From positions 1-29,078 of IMG/VR virus record IMGVR_UViG_3300032820_000075: 29,078 nt of DNA. One strand, given 5' to 3'. A program made the position numbers and the translations under genes. This DNA comes from a virus (lineage: Duplodnaviria; Caudoviricetes). The notes under the pieces are model-generated. The model did not search any database. It was not told the origin of the DNA and was given only the letters and a program-made list of their open reading frames with translations. Below, piece after piece: positions 14,036-23,733 of this stretch; position 1 is the stretch's first letter; every line of letters starts with the position of its first letter.

Positions 14036-16132
14036 TTAGGGTTCAGGCTCCGGCGCGGGTGCCGGTTCCGGTTCTGGGTCTGGTTCTGGTTCTGGGTCTG
14101 GTTCTGGGTCTGGTTCTGGTTTCAGCGGTTCGATAATGGGATAGCCTTCATCGTCTGTCCACAGCGTGTGGCTGCTTTTCATGTGGTCATCCTGCCGACA
14201 GGCTACGACCATCCATGACACCGTGTCAGTGCAGTCCGACTCTTCGCAGTCGATGGTCAAGGTGCTGCCCGTCACGCTCCCGCGCACATGCTTCCACCCG
14301 GTTTCGTTTGACGTGTAGCACTGCTCATCGCGGCAGAGCAAAATCCATGTCCCGCTGGACATCCCTGCGGCCTCGTCCAGATCCACCGTCGCTTGCCCGT
14401 CCACCAGTGTGGCGGTGCCACGGTAAATCAGATCCGCTTTCGGTCCCTCTATGAACGAATGAATGAGATGGTGCGTGTCCGTCATGGACGGCAGCGGATG
14501 GTCGATCTTGAATGTCCCCGATACCTTGGACAACGTTCCCGCCACGTTCACGGCGTCGATGAAGTTGACGGTATTTGAGGCTCCGAACACTTTGATACAC
14601 ACATTGTCATGCACGTTATTAAACAGATTCATGTCGGCAGTCGAGTCTGTACTGCCCTGACCTTTCATACCCCACGACCACTTGGTGACGTTGTCCACCA
14701 TGAAATTAATCCCGTTATCGGTATTGTTGTTGTTGGTCGTTCCCGTGTGGGAGCCGAGCGTCAGGAATGCCGATCCCCCAGTTGCGCCAGCTGCCCCAGA
14801 GGTGCCGGGAGATGTATCAACCTTGATCCCTTGACCGCCCCCAGCAGATACCGTGAGCGGTTGGGTGATCTCCGTTGTGCCGATGCCGACGTACCCCGTA
14901 TCACCTTCGATCCGCATTTTGATTGAATTGTTATAGGCGAACGACACGTCAGTTCCGTTCGCATACATCTCCCATGCGTCCGCTGTGGAATCATGCAGCA
15001 CCAATCCCGCGTGGGTGCCGTCCTCAATCTCAAGGATTCTAGCCACATCTGACGGTGACGTGGGGGTGGAAGTCCCGATCCCAACGTTGGCGTTAAATTT
15101 CACAACACCAGTACCACGCACTATGCGGAACGACTCCGTCGCGGTGTCGTTCACCAGTCGCTGGAACACAGGGTCGCCGGTATCAGCCAATCCCACTTGT
15201 AACCCGTACGCCGCTGCACCTGATGCCCGCTGCGTGATACGGAAAATATCGAGCACGTTGTCGCCGCCAGTCACGTCAAGCGCAACATCAGGATCGGTTA
15301 CTCCGAGGCCAACATTCCCGGCATTATCAATCCGCATCCGTTCCGCCGCGTTCGTGGTAAACGACATAAAGTTGGAGCTGTGGTTGTAGATGAGACGCCC
15401 GATATCGCTGTCGCCACTGTCACCGAAATCGATTATTCCGGCCCCACCTGTCCCGCTGTAGATACCCACGGCGCAGTTGTCGTTGTGCTCCACGATGAGG
15501 CGCGTATTGGTATCCCCCGGTGTCGCGCCTGACGCGGTGTTGGTGATGGTGGTTATTCCGTCAACATCCAAGGTGCCATCTAGCCGCGTCGCCCCATCGT
15601 CTACAAACAGGGCGTAATTGGCACTCGCCTCGCCAGCTGCGCCAGTGATCCAGAGCGATGCTGAGGTGCCAGCGCTTCCACCGCCCCCGACGATGATCGT
15701 AGGCTCGTCGATCTTGACTTGGTAGACCGTCGTGACGGCTTGGCTTGCTTGCGTCGTGATCGCATTCCCGAAAATCGTTCCGCCCAGGGATGACGTATCG
15801 CCAGCAACGCCGGTCAGCGTTCCGGCGTACCACTGTTTCGCCGCGTTCGACGCCGCGCCGCCAGATGTGAAATTCCCGGCAAAATAGTTTGCGATGTAAT
15901 CGAGCGGAGACGCGCCGACCGACAGGCTGTTCGTGCTGGCGTTATACGTCAACGCGCTATTTCTCGCCAGTTGCGTGCCGCTGCTCGCGAAGATCAGCTC
16001 GTTCGCACCCTGTGACGCGATCGCGATCGAGCCGGTACGCAACGCGGCACTATTGGCAACGACTGAGGCGTTCCACTCTCCGGCCGTAACCATATCCCCG
16101 GTTGTCAGGGTCGAAGCGGCGACGTATGCCAT
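14036..16132 (-). CDS. tail fibre / receptor-binding protein with C-terminal chaperone-like domain
   Basis: Gly/Thr/Ser-rich with repeated ERMRI...GNVG(I/L)G(T/V)..P units; C-terminal FKIDHP...HSFIEGPKADLIYRG domain. Confidence 0.88.
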   Translation of the reverse strand: MAYVAASTLTTGDMVTAGEWNASVVANSAALRTGSIAIASQGANELIFASSGTQLARNSALTYNASTNSLSVGASPLDYIANYFAGNFTSGGAASNAAKQWYAGTLTGVAGDTSSLGGTIFGNAITTQASQAVTTVYQVKIDEPTIIVGGGGSAGTSASLWITGAAGEASANYALFVDDGATRLDGTLDVDGITTITNTASGATPGDTNTRLIVEHNDNCAVGIYSGTGGAGIIDFGDSGDSDIGRLIYNHSSNFMSFTTNAAERMRIDNAGNVGLGVTDPDVALDVTGGDNVLDIFRITQRASGAAAYGLQVGLADTGDPVFQRLVNDTATESFRIVRGTGVVKFNANVGIGTSTPTSPSDVARILEIEDGTHAGLVLHDSTADAWEMYANGTDVSFAYNNSIKMRIEGDTGYVGIGTTEITQPLTVSAGGGQGIKVDTSPGTSGAAGATGGSAFLTLGSHTGTTNNNNTDNGINFMVDNVTKWSWGMKGQGSTDSTADMNLFNNVHDNVCIKVFGASNTVNFIDAVNVAGTLSKVSGTFKIDHPLPSMTDTHHLIHSFIEGPKADLIYRGTATLVDGQATVDLDEAAGMSSGTWILLCRDEQCYTSNETGWKHVRGSVTGSTLTIDCEESDCTDTVSWMVVACRQDDHMKSSHTLWTDDEGYPIIEPLKPEPDPEPDPEPEPDPEPEPAPAPEPEP
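14040..14122. repeat. 6-bp coding microsatellite (GGTTCT/GGGTCT) encoding a PEPD/PEPE tail
   Basis: Translation PEPDPEPDPEPEPDPEPEPAPAPEPEP at the fibre C-terminus. Confidence 0.9.
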
Positions 16133-16143
16133 GTCTCACTCCT

Positions 16144-17715
16144 CTAGAACGACAGCAGCGTCGAGGTGCCGACGTTCGACGCGCCCGCCGTGCCGATGAA
16201 CCAGTACACGATCCGGCTCGCGGGCGACAGCGTCCACTTACACCGGATAACGTTCGTCGGCTTGATCGTCAACGTCACCGATTGAATAAAGTAGCCCTCG
16301 TCGAGCGCCGTCTGCGCTTCGCTGATGCCGATCCGATCGCCGACTTCTCGGGTAAGCCCGGCGGCCATGAGTCCCGCGTTTTTGTTCAACAGGATCGTCA
16401 CGCTCTCGGCGCTCTGTTGCGCGTCTTTGTACACCCCGAGGAAGTGTTTTGCGAACGAGTTGCCCACCACCGGGTCCATCTGATAGCTGGCGTCGTAGCG
16501 GTAGGTGTTCGTGCCGAACGTCGACTGGCTCGTCGCGTCTTCTAATTCGTTTACGGTCGTCTGCTGGTCGTAGATCCCGAGGCCACGGAAATCGAACTTC
16601 GTGATGTACAGCGTCGTGCTCGCGTGGTTGTTCGTCAACACGACCGACGCCGACGTGCCGCCATACGTGGCACTCACCCCGAGACTGCTGGACATGTCAG
16701 CGCCCGACGCATCGGCGGCGGCGTTGGCCGTGTAGTCGGTCGAGCTGGCAGGCGTGACCATTGACGTCCCCGCGCACCGCTGCTCCCGGTCGTCGGGATC
16801 GGTGTAGGGGCAGACAAGCGTGATTGACTCGCCCGCCAGGAGCGCGACCGCCGAGTCGGTGCCGACCGTCGCGTCGCGCATCGAGTACAGCACGACGCTG
16901 CTGCCATCCTTGCGGCGCGGGTGCGTCAACACCTGCATGCGGTTGATCACCGAATCCCGCGAGCGCCGGATCGAGATCGCCTCGATGTCGTCGTCGTCGA
17001 ACGTCGACTGGTTCGTGTTTTTCTTGGCGCGGTCGGTGCGGCTCTCGTACGTGAACGCCTGCGCCGTGCTGGCGTTGGTCGTGCCCTTCGCATAGATAAA
17101 ACCCGCCTCGGACATTGCGAGGCGTTGCAGCTCGCCGAGCACGCTGACGCCTTCCTCGGGCGACTTCGCGTCGAGCGCGAGCGCGTAGGTTTCCCGCCCG
17201 GTGCCGCTCGTCGAACTGCCAGGCGCGGACGGCATCGCAGCGACCAGCGTGTCGAAGACCTCGTCGCCGCGCTTCGAGGTCAGCACGGCCTGCCGTTTGA
17301 GTGACGTCCGCAGGCATTCGTCAAGGTAGTCGTGCACGACGCATAACGTCGTCCAGGGTCCGCGCTGGTTTGCCGTCGCATGAATCGACGCCAGCCGCCC
17401 GACGAACTTGTAGTACGTCGTGCCGCCGTACGTGATCGCGAGACGGCACGCGATGCCGATCTCGAACCCGCTGCGGACGTTCGCATGCCCTGGGCTGTAA
17501 TACCCGACAGCGGTGTTCGAGTTGTTCGCGGAATTATCGAGCGCATACGTTAGTGCGCCAGGCTGCGCGCAGCGGTCGCCCGGCCCCCCTGCGGATATCC
17601 CGTAGGACGCCACGACGTCAACCTGCGCGCGCACGTCGGCCCAGACGTTTGTCCACGCGCCAGCCGTGCCCGCGAACTGCATCTCTAGGGCGATCGAGGT
17701 CGGCGCAACGCCCAT
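16144..17715 (-). CDS. tail tip / baseplate hub-like protein
   Basis: Between tape measure and fibre; L.Y.LDN, SEAGFIY, VIN...V, REVGDRI...YFIQSVTLTI pattern of minor tail proteins. Confidence 0.75.
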   Translation of the reverse strand: MGVAPTSIALEMQFAGTAGAWTNVWADVRAQVDVVASYGISAGGPGDRCAQPGALTYALDNSANNSNTAVGYYSPGHANVRSGFEIGIACRLAITYGGTTYYKFVGRLASIHATANQRGPWTTLCVVHDYLDECLRTSLKRQAVLTSKRGDEVFDTLVAAMPSAPGSSTSGTGRETYALALDAKSPEEGVSVLGELQRLAMSEAGFIYAKGTTNASTAQAFTYESRTDRAKKNTNQSTFDDDDIEAISIRRSRDSVINRMQVLTHPRRKDGSSVVLYSMRDATVGTDSAVALLAGESITLVCPYTDPDDREQRCAGTSMVTPASSTDYTANAAADASGADMSSSLGVSATYGGTSASVVLTNNHASTTLYITKFDFRGLGIYDQQTTVNELEDATSQSTFGTNTYRYDASYQMDPVVGNSFAKHFLGVYKDAQQSAESVTILLNKNAGLMAAGLTREVGDRIGISEAQTALDEGYFIQSVTLTIKPTNVIRCKWTLSPASRIVYWFIGTAGASNVGTSTLLSF

Positions 17716-20700
17716 TAGTTTGTCGCCCCCGACTGCGCGATCGCCGCCGCCAACATCTTCGGCACGAGTTGCGATTGAAACGTGCGCTCGACTTCGAGGT
17801 CGGCCCGCAGCGCGCGGATCTCGTGCGCGAGCGCAGCAACCCCTGGCGCGCTCTGGCCTTCGGGCACGACCGCCTCGCGACCGTGCAACCGTACCAACGT
17901 GCCCTGCCCGCCGCCAAAGTCGACGAAACGCCCGCCCGTGCCGTGCTGGAAGCCTTGCGTATAGTTGTCGGCATCGCCGCTTTCCTCGCCGACGATGTCG
18001 CTAAAGATATCCTGCATCTCGTCGTGGATTTCGTCCCACGGCACGTTATCGACATCCCACTCGATCTCGGTGCGAATGTGGATCACGTCTGGCAGGTTAC
18101 GGATCGAGGCGTCCAGATCGATGATGTTGCCGTTAACGTCGATAATCGCGCGGCTCAGTTGCGTCGCGAGCGCGTCGTCGGCCAGTGACCCGACCAGCGC
18201 GCGCAGATCTTCGAGGCTCATGCCCATTTTGTGCGCGACCTGGATCAGCTCGTAGAACTGGATCTGCCCGGTGTCGGATGCAGTCGCGAATCCCGCCGCA
18301 AGATCTTCGAGGATCGGCCCGATCGCCTCGGCCGCCTCGCCGCTTGTAATGTGCCCCTGCTCAACCATCGACCAGAGGTCGCGGGCGGTCCTCGCGACGA
18401 GCTGGTAGTCCTCCGACATATGCAACCCCTGGGAGCGCGTGATCTCCGACAGGTGCAGCAAGAACGCCGTGTAGTCGTGCCCGATCTCGGTCGAGGTCGC
18501 CGCGATCGCGCGCTGCATACTCGATCCAAACTGGAAGCCCATCCGCTCGCCCATGATCCGAATGTTGTCCTCGGTACTCCGGCCGAACAGCCCCTTGAGC
18601 GCCACGCCGAGCTTTCGTAAGCCCTTCAGGCCTTCCTTTACCGCCGCGCTGATGCCCTTGCCGATCAGTTGCCCGGCCATCGCCCCGATCGGACCAAACG
18701 CCGCGCCGATCGCCGCGCCGACTTTGCCGGTAAGCGCGCCGACGAGCTTGCCCTCTAGGTGCGTGCCGATCAGCCCGCCAAAGTGCGACCCGACCGCGCG
18801 CACCGCGTCGCCGCCTTGCATGATCGTTTTCGTGATCATGCCGGGCACCGCCGACCAGGCCGTGCGGAGTTGTTGAAATAGTGACGGCTGTACGACGAGC
18901 TGCTCGTTCAACAGCTTGATGTCTTGCGTCACGCCGCCGAGCTTGGTCGCGTTAATCATCGCGAGCCAATACTCGTGTTGCCGTGCAACCTCTTCGAGCT
19001 GCGGCGAGAGTTGCGCGCCGCGCTGGCGCAGCGTGACCGCCTCCGCCCCCAGGCGCATGACTTCGTTGTAGGTCAACTCGCCCGCGATCTGCACTTCGGA
19101 AAGCGCCGTTTCCCACACATGCAGCTCGTCGTCGAGATTGCCGTCGGTGATCGTCGTGATCGCGCCCTCTACCTTGCTGTTAAAGGCGCGCGTTTTCTCG
19201 GCGGCTCGCGCGGCGGCGTCGGCAGCCAGGTCCGCGCTCGTCGCATAGGCGCGCATCGCGTCGTTTACAGGGCCGCCGCGATCGATCAACGCCTGGATCT
19301 GATCGACCAGCCGTTTCGCGTTCTCGGTGTTCGCGAGTTGCTCGTCGTCGAGTCCCTCGAAGACCGTCGTGAGGTTCGCGACGTCGCCCGCGAGCGCGCT
19401 GTCGAGAATCCCGGCGCGCAGCTCGTCGAGCTTTGTCGCTAGATCATCGGCGGCGGTCGAGGCGGTGCCCGCTCTGGTGCCGAACGTCTCCAACCCGGCC
19501 CCGGCGTTCGGCGCACTCGTGGCGACGGCTCGCAGGCTCGTGTCGACCTGGCGCGTCGCGGTCGTCAGCGTGTTAATCGCGGGCGTGAACTCTTCAGTTT
19601 TTGTCTTGGCCAGGCTGAGAAAATCTGCCAGATCTTCGAGGCGATCGGCGACCCATCCGAAGATCTCACCGAAGAACCGAAAGATGGGCGTTAATTTGTC
19701 GCCGACCCAAGCGCCGAGCGTTTTGAGCGCGCCCCACAGGGCGACCGCTTCGGAAATTAGCGGTCGAATACTCAACAACGCAACATTCTTTATCACCCGA
19801 CCGAGCTGATACATGACGCGCCGCCCGGTTTCGGTCGAGCCGACCAGCAAGGCCACCGCCGTCGCGGCGAGGCTGACCGGGTTCGAGAACCCGACAACGA
19901 CTCGCCCGAGCGTCACCAGCACGCCGCGCAACCCTGCGGCCGACGTTGCGATCCGTGCGAGACGGCTGCCAAACTTCACGATCGGCCCACCGCCGACACC
20001 GACAAGCACGCGCTTAAGCACGCCGAGCAGCGGCAGGAGCGTTCCGAACGCGTGCGACACCGCGCCCGTAACAAACAACATCGGCCCGAGCGCGGCGACA
20101 AACACCCCCGCACCGATCGCCGCGTTCTGCATCGGCGTCGGCAGCGCGGCGAACCCCTGCACCAGCGCGCGCACCTTCGGGATCGCCGCGTCGGCCATGT
20201 CGACCAGGCGCTCGAACATCGGCAGCAGCGCAACGCCCAGCTCGATCCCGACGTCGACTAGTTTGTTTTTGAGTAGCGTCAGTCGTGACGCGGTCGTCTT
20301 GAATCGCTCGGCGGCTTCCTTCGTCAGCGCCAGGTTCGCGGTCCACGCGGTGTTGCCTTCCTCGACCGCCTCGCGCAGCAAGTCGCCCGCACCCGACGCG
20401 CGCAGCATGGCATCGCGCACGCGGATCTCCGACATGCCGAGATCTTCGAGCACGGCGAACGTGTTGATCCCGGCATCGTCGAGCGTGCCCAGCCCTTCGA
20501 TAAACGTGACGATCGCGCCTGCGGCATCCTCCTCGAACGCCTGCGCAAAATCCTCGCGCGCAATGCGGCCAGTCCGCGACGCAATCTCGGCGAACTGATC
20601 CAGCTCGGCACCGCCCGTCGACACGGCGCTCGCGATCTGGATCATTACTTTGCTGATCGCCGTGCCGCCCGCCTCGGCCCCGATGCCGACCGACGAGAGC

Positions 20701-21326
20701 GCGGTGCCTAACCCGAGGATCTCGCCCTCGGTCAGTCCGATCTGCGCGCCCGCGCCAGCAATCCGCAGCCCGAACTCGACGATCTCGGCTTCGGTCGTCG
20801 CGAAGTTATTGCCCAGGCCGACGACCGTCGATCCGAGCTTGTCGAAATCGTCCTGCGCCATCCCGGTAATGTTCGCGAGCCGCGCCAGTGACGTCGCCGC
20901 CTCTTCGGCGCTCAGGTTCGTCGCGACCCCGAGCTGCGCCATTGTTTTTGTAAAGTCGAGAATGTTCTCGGTCTTGATCCCGAGCTGCCCGGCGGCCTCG
21001 CCGATGTTGTTCAGTTGATTCACTGACACCGGGATTTCGAGCGCCAGGGCGCGGAACCCTTTGGCAAGGTTTTGAAACTCGGCCTCGGTCGCGTCGACCG
21101 TTTTGCGAACACCAGCGAACGAACTCTCGAAGTCGATCGCCGCCTTCACCGCCAGGCCGCCCATTGCCGCCAGCGGCAGCGAGATCCCGCGCGTGAGCGA
21201 TGCGCCCGCCGTCTGCGCCTTCGCGCCAAACTGGCGTAATTGCTTGCCCGCATTATTCAAGCCGGGCGACATCGTATCCTTCAGCCGGAGCACCGCTTCG
21301 AGCACGCCGACGTTGACAGTCGCCAT
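17715..21326 (-). CDS. tail tape measure protein (TP901-type core)
   Basis: 1203 aa, Ala-rich; AIDFESSFAGVRKTVD, LGNNFATTEAEI, AEAGGTAISK; C-terminal GFQHGTGG...LHGREAVVP. Confidence 0.96.
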   Translation of the reverse strand: MATVNVGVLEAVLRLKDTMSPGLNNAGKQLRQFGAKAQTAGASLTRGISLPLAAMGGLAVKAAIDFESSFAGVRKTVDATEAEFQNLAKGFRALALEIPVSVNQLNNIGEAAGQLGIKTENILDFTKTMAQLGVATNLSAEEAATSLARLANITGMAQDDFDKLGSTVVGLGNNFATTEAEIVEFGLRIAGAGAQIGLTEGEILGLGTALSSVGIGAEAGGTAISKVMIQIASAVSTGGAELDQFAEIASRTGRIAREDFAQAFEEDAAGAIVTFIEGLGTLDDAGINTFAVLEDLGMSEIRVRDAMLRASGAGDLLREAVEEGNTAWTANLALTKEAAERFKTTASRLTLLKNKLVDVGIELGVALLPMFERLVDMADAAIPKVRALVQGFAALPTPMQNAAIGAGVFVAALGPMLFVTGAVSHAFGTLLPLLGVLKRVLVGVGGGPIVKFGSRLARIATSAAGLRGVLVTLGRVVVGFSNPVSLAATAVALLVGSTETGRRVMYQLGRVIKNVALLSIRPLISEAVALWGALKTLGAWVGDKLTPIFRFFGEIFGWVADRLEDLADFLSLAKTKTEEFTPAINTLTTATRQVDTSLRAVATSAPNAGAGLETFGTRAGTASTAADDLATKLDELRAGILDSALAGDVANLTTVFEGLDDEQLANTENAKRLVDQIQALIDRGGPVNDAMRAYATSADLAADAAARAAEKTRAFNSKVEGAITTITDGNLDDELHVWETALSEVQIAGELTYNEVMRLGAEAVTLRQRGAQLSPQLEEVARQHEYWLAMINATKLGGVTQDIKLLNEQLVVQPSLFQQLRTAWSAVPGMITKTIMQGGDAVRAVGSHFGGLIGTHLEGKLVGALTGKVGAAIGAAFGPIGAMAGQLIGKGISAAVKEGLKGLRKLGVALKGLFGRSTEDNIRIMGERMGFQFGSSMQRAIAATSTEIGHDYTAFLLHLSEITRSQGLHMSEDYQLVARTARDLWSMVEQGHITSGEAAEAIGPILEDLAAGFATASDTGQIQFYELIQVAHKMGMSLEDLRALVGSLADDALATQLSRAIIDVNGNIIDLDASIRNLPDVIHIRTEIEWDVDNVPWDEIHDEMQDIFSDIVGEESGDADNYTQGFQHGTGGRFVDFGGGQGTLVRLHGREAVVPEGQSAPGVAALAHEIRALRADLEVERTFQSQLVPKMLAAAIAQSGATN

Positions 21327-21648
21327 TAGGTGTCACCCTCGCGGGCGGCGACCCGTTCCTGGTGCAGCGCGAACACGTTGGCGATCACTTGATCCATAAG
21401 TGGCGACTCGTCGAGCTTGTCAATTTTTCCGTCGGCCTGCGTGTAGGCCCGCAGCGCGTTCGCATAGGCGCGCAGTTCGAGGATCTGGATCGCGGTGTCC
21501 TGCGGATCGTCGAGCCACAATTTTTCGGCGACCGTCGGCAGGCAATGGAACTCCTCGCACAACCGCGACACCATCCAGACGCGCAGCAGCTCGGGATCGG
21601 CGCTCGCCGACTCGCTGTCGGACAGCAGTCGGTGAAACGCCTTCAGCC
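21326..21648 (-). CDS. tail assembly chaperone C-terminal extension (gpT-like), reached by -1 frameshift
   Basis: The open -1 frame after the slippery site reads RLKAFHRLL...SRLCEEFHCLP and ends TAATG into the tape measure gene. Confidence 0.8.
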
Positions 21649-22065
21649 GTTTTTTCGTGCAGCCGCATCGCTTGTCGCATCCTCTGCCGTTACCGCGACC
21701 CGACTGAGCCGCAGGATCTCGCGGAACAATAGATCTGACGTCTCGGGTTCGAGGTCGTCGATCTGCTCGGGTGTCACGTCCTCGGCTGCCGTCCACGAGA
21801 CGATGCCCTCGACGAGTACCGTCGCTTGGTCGTAACTCTGCGACGGGTCGCGCTCGACCGCCTCGCGCACTTCGCGCTCGCCTCCGAGATCCTGAATAGC
21901 CGCGAACGCTTTGGCCCCGCCGATCCGCTCGACCAGCGACGCGGCACGCGTGATCACGGCTTCCTGGCACCGCGCTTTCGCCCGGCCCGACAGTTGCCGG
22001 ATCGTGACCGTGTACGCCGGATCGGTCGGCGTCTGGATCTCTTTCGTGATTCGCGATGCGAACAT
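21643..22065 (-). CDS. tail assembly chaperone (gpG-like)
   Basis: VTIRQLSG...GIVSWT...VTPEQIDDL; ends in KNG at the slippery site; lies between tail tube and tape measure. Confidence 0.85.
   Translation of the reverse strand: MFASRITKEIQTPTDPAYTVTIRQLSGRAKARCQEAVITRAASLVERIGGAKAFAAIQDLGGEREVREAVERDPSQSYDQATVLVEGIVSWTAAEDVTPEQIDDLEPETSDLLFREILRLSRVAVTAEDATSDAAARKNG
21649..21655 (-). other. -1 ribosomal frameshift heptamer A AAA AAC
   Basis: CGA AAA AAC GGC TGA at the chaperone 3' end; downstream hairpin at 21607-21632. Confidence 0.85.
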
Positions 22066-22083
22066 CTCGCCCCCTTAGTACAG

Positions 22084-22125
22084 GACGCCAGGCGAGGCCA
22101 CACTCTGCGGCGAGCGCCTGGCGTC
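22084..22125. promoter_or_regulatory. intergenic hairpin after the tail tube gene (mRNA stabiliser/attenuator)
   Basis: GACGCCAGGCG (22084-22094) / CGCCTGGCGTC (22115-22125); no U-tract. Confidence 0.55.
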
Positions 22126-22137
22126 GTGTGAAACGAT

Positions 22138-22557
22138 CTACGCCTCTGTTACGGTGCCCGTCGGTACGAGCGTTACCTCGAACGCGGTCAGCTCGTTGCG
22201 TGTCGCGGTTCGGGTGTACTTGCTGATGATCGCCTCGAACGAGCAGGTCTTCGACCCCCCAAACGTGATCGTCACTGTTCGAGTGCTATCGCTCGGGCCG
22301 TCGGCGACGTCATTAAAGATCGCATCCGGCCCTGTCGTGCTCGTGTCGTCGTACAGCCCGCCAAGTACCAGATCGCTCGCCTTGCGTACGCCGGTCGCCA
22401 ACTGCTCAAACCAGGCATCGCCGAACGAGTGCGACTCAGTCAAGATCGCCTCGACTTCGATCGCGTTGATCGACGTAATGTACGAGGTCATCGTCACGAC
22501 CGATCCCGATGAATTGTCCACCGCCACGATCAAACTGTTACTACCGTATTTCGCCAT
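22138..22557 (-). CDS. major tail tube protein
   Basis: 139 aa, beta-rich; ESHSFGDAWFEQLATGVRK...GLYDD...YTRTATRNELTAFEVTL..TG; upstream of the chaperone. Confidence 0.8.
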   Translation of the reverse strand: MAKYGSNSLIVAVDNSSGSVVTMTSYITSINAIEVEAILTESHSFGDAWFEQLATGVRKASDLVLGGLYDDTSTTGPDAIFNDVADGPSDSTRTVTITFGGSKTCSFEAIISKYTRTATRNELTAFEVTLVPTGTVTEA

Positions 22558-22560
22558 CTG

Positions 22561-22818
22561 TCAGCCCCTTGTCGAATGTCGCGAGGCGACCGAGGCACCG
22601 GCAGAGCCGGGGCGAGCGGGCGCGCGTCGGCGCGAGTGGTCTGCCGTTTTGGGCGGCACCGGAACCGCCCACCGTTCGAGCTTGCGGCGCACGCCGACCG
22701 TTAGTCGGAGCAACGTGCGCGCCTCGGCAACGTCCTGTTCGGCCGTCGCCTCGTACAGTTGCAGCCGCGCGAAGCGTTCCAACTCGCGCGCCGCATGTTG
22801 ATAACGTCCAAGATCCAT
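22561..22818 (-). CDS. hypothetical protein between the two tube-like genes
   Basis: TAATG coupling; MDLGRYQHAARELERFARLQLYE. Confidence 0.6.
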   Translation of the reverse strand: MDLGRYQHAARELERFARLQLYEATAEQDVAEARTLLRLTVGVRRKLERWAVPVPPKTADHSRRRAPARPGSAGASVASRHSTRG

Positions 22819-23537
22819 TAGCCTCGCGCAAAGCCCACCATAAACGTGAACTCCGGCGACGTCCCGCCGTGCGTCCAACTGGCCAGCACGTACTGATTCA
22901 CGGTGCCGCTCGCGGTAACGCGCTCGGCCGTCACGTCGGTCGCCTGCGTGAAGCTCAGCAGATCGGCGTAGGTCGAATTGTCGGCCGAGTGGCGCAGCTT
23001 GGCGTCGAGCGTCGGCGACGTGCCTGCCTTGACCGTAACCTGCAAGTAGCCGACCGCGCCCGACGACGTGCTCGCGTCGTTGTTCGCCGCGCCGCCCGTG
23101 CCGGTCGCCGTCTCTGACCCGAGCGCGTGCATGATCATTCCGTTGTCTTTCTGCCCGCTCACAGTCCAACTCGCCGACGCCTTCGTCAGCTCGTCGCGCG
23201 TCGCGGTGCGCGTATACGTGCCTCCGAATGTGCCCTCGTGCCCGACCATTGCCTTGTGAATCGTGTTTGATTCGTAGGCGTAACAGACCACGCGCGACGT
23301 GGCCTCGTTGCCGCTGAGCGCCGCGTTGACCGAGTCGCTGGCATCGTCGTAGAAGCCGTCGGCGGTCAGCTCGGCAGACCGCACGCCGGTCGCCGTCTGC
23401 TCGGCCCAACTGTCGCCGAGGCCGGTTGTCTCTTCCATTTCTGCCGACGTGCTATCCGCGAGCGACGTCGAGACGCCGATCAGGTTGTAGCCGTCGACCA
23501 GAAAAAACCCGACATCCTTCGCGCCATACTTCGCCAT
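22818..23537 (-). CDS. tail tube paralog with an additional C-terminal beta domain
   Basis: MAKYG start, EETTGLGDSWAEQTATGVRS, GFYDD and YTRTATRDELT shared with 22138-22557, plus ~105 extra aa. Confidence 0.75.
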   Translation of the reverse strand: MAKYGAKDVGFFLVDGYNLIGVSTSLADSTSAEMEETTGLGDSWAEQTATGVRSAELTADGFYDDASDSVNAALSGNEATSRVVCYAYESNTIHKAMVGHEGTFGGTYTRTATRDELTKASASWTVSGQKDNGMIMHALGSETATGTGGAANNDASTSSGAVGYLQVTVKAGTSPTLDAKLRHSADNSTYADLLSFTQATDVTAERVTASGTVNQYVLASWTHGGTSPEFTFMVGFARG

Positions 23538-23728
23538 TAGTCGCCCCCCCTACGTGCACGCGACCGCCCGCCCGTGGCTTCGCTCTTCGGGATAATCAAC
23601 TTTTGCTTCGAGAGCCAGCCGATCGACTTGTCGGGCACCTGGCCGCACGTCTGACCCTCGGCGGCCAGCACGTCGCCCTCGCGATTCGTCAGGCGCGTCG
23701 TTGCAATGTAGTCTTTCCCTTTTGGCAT
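23537..23728 (-). CDS. small virion-associated hypothetical protein
   Basis: GAGGTG RBS; MPKGKDYIATTRL...EG....VPDKSIGWL..QKLI; TAATG coupling. Confidence 0.7.
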   Translation of the reverse strand: MPKGKDYIATTRLTNREGDVLAAEGQTCGQVPDKSIGWLSKQKLIIPKSEATGGRSRARRGGD

Positions 23729-23733
23729 TCTGA

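Noticed and set aside
14024-14218. Plus-strand FWVWFW / VLGLVL repeat membrane peptides
   Set aside because: They are antisense readings of the PEPD microsatellite in the fibre gene.
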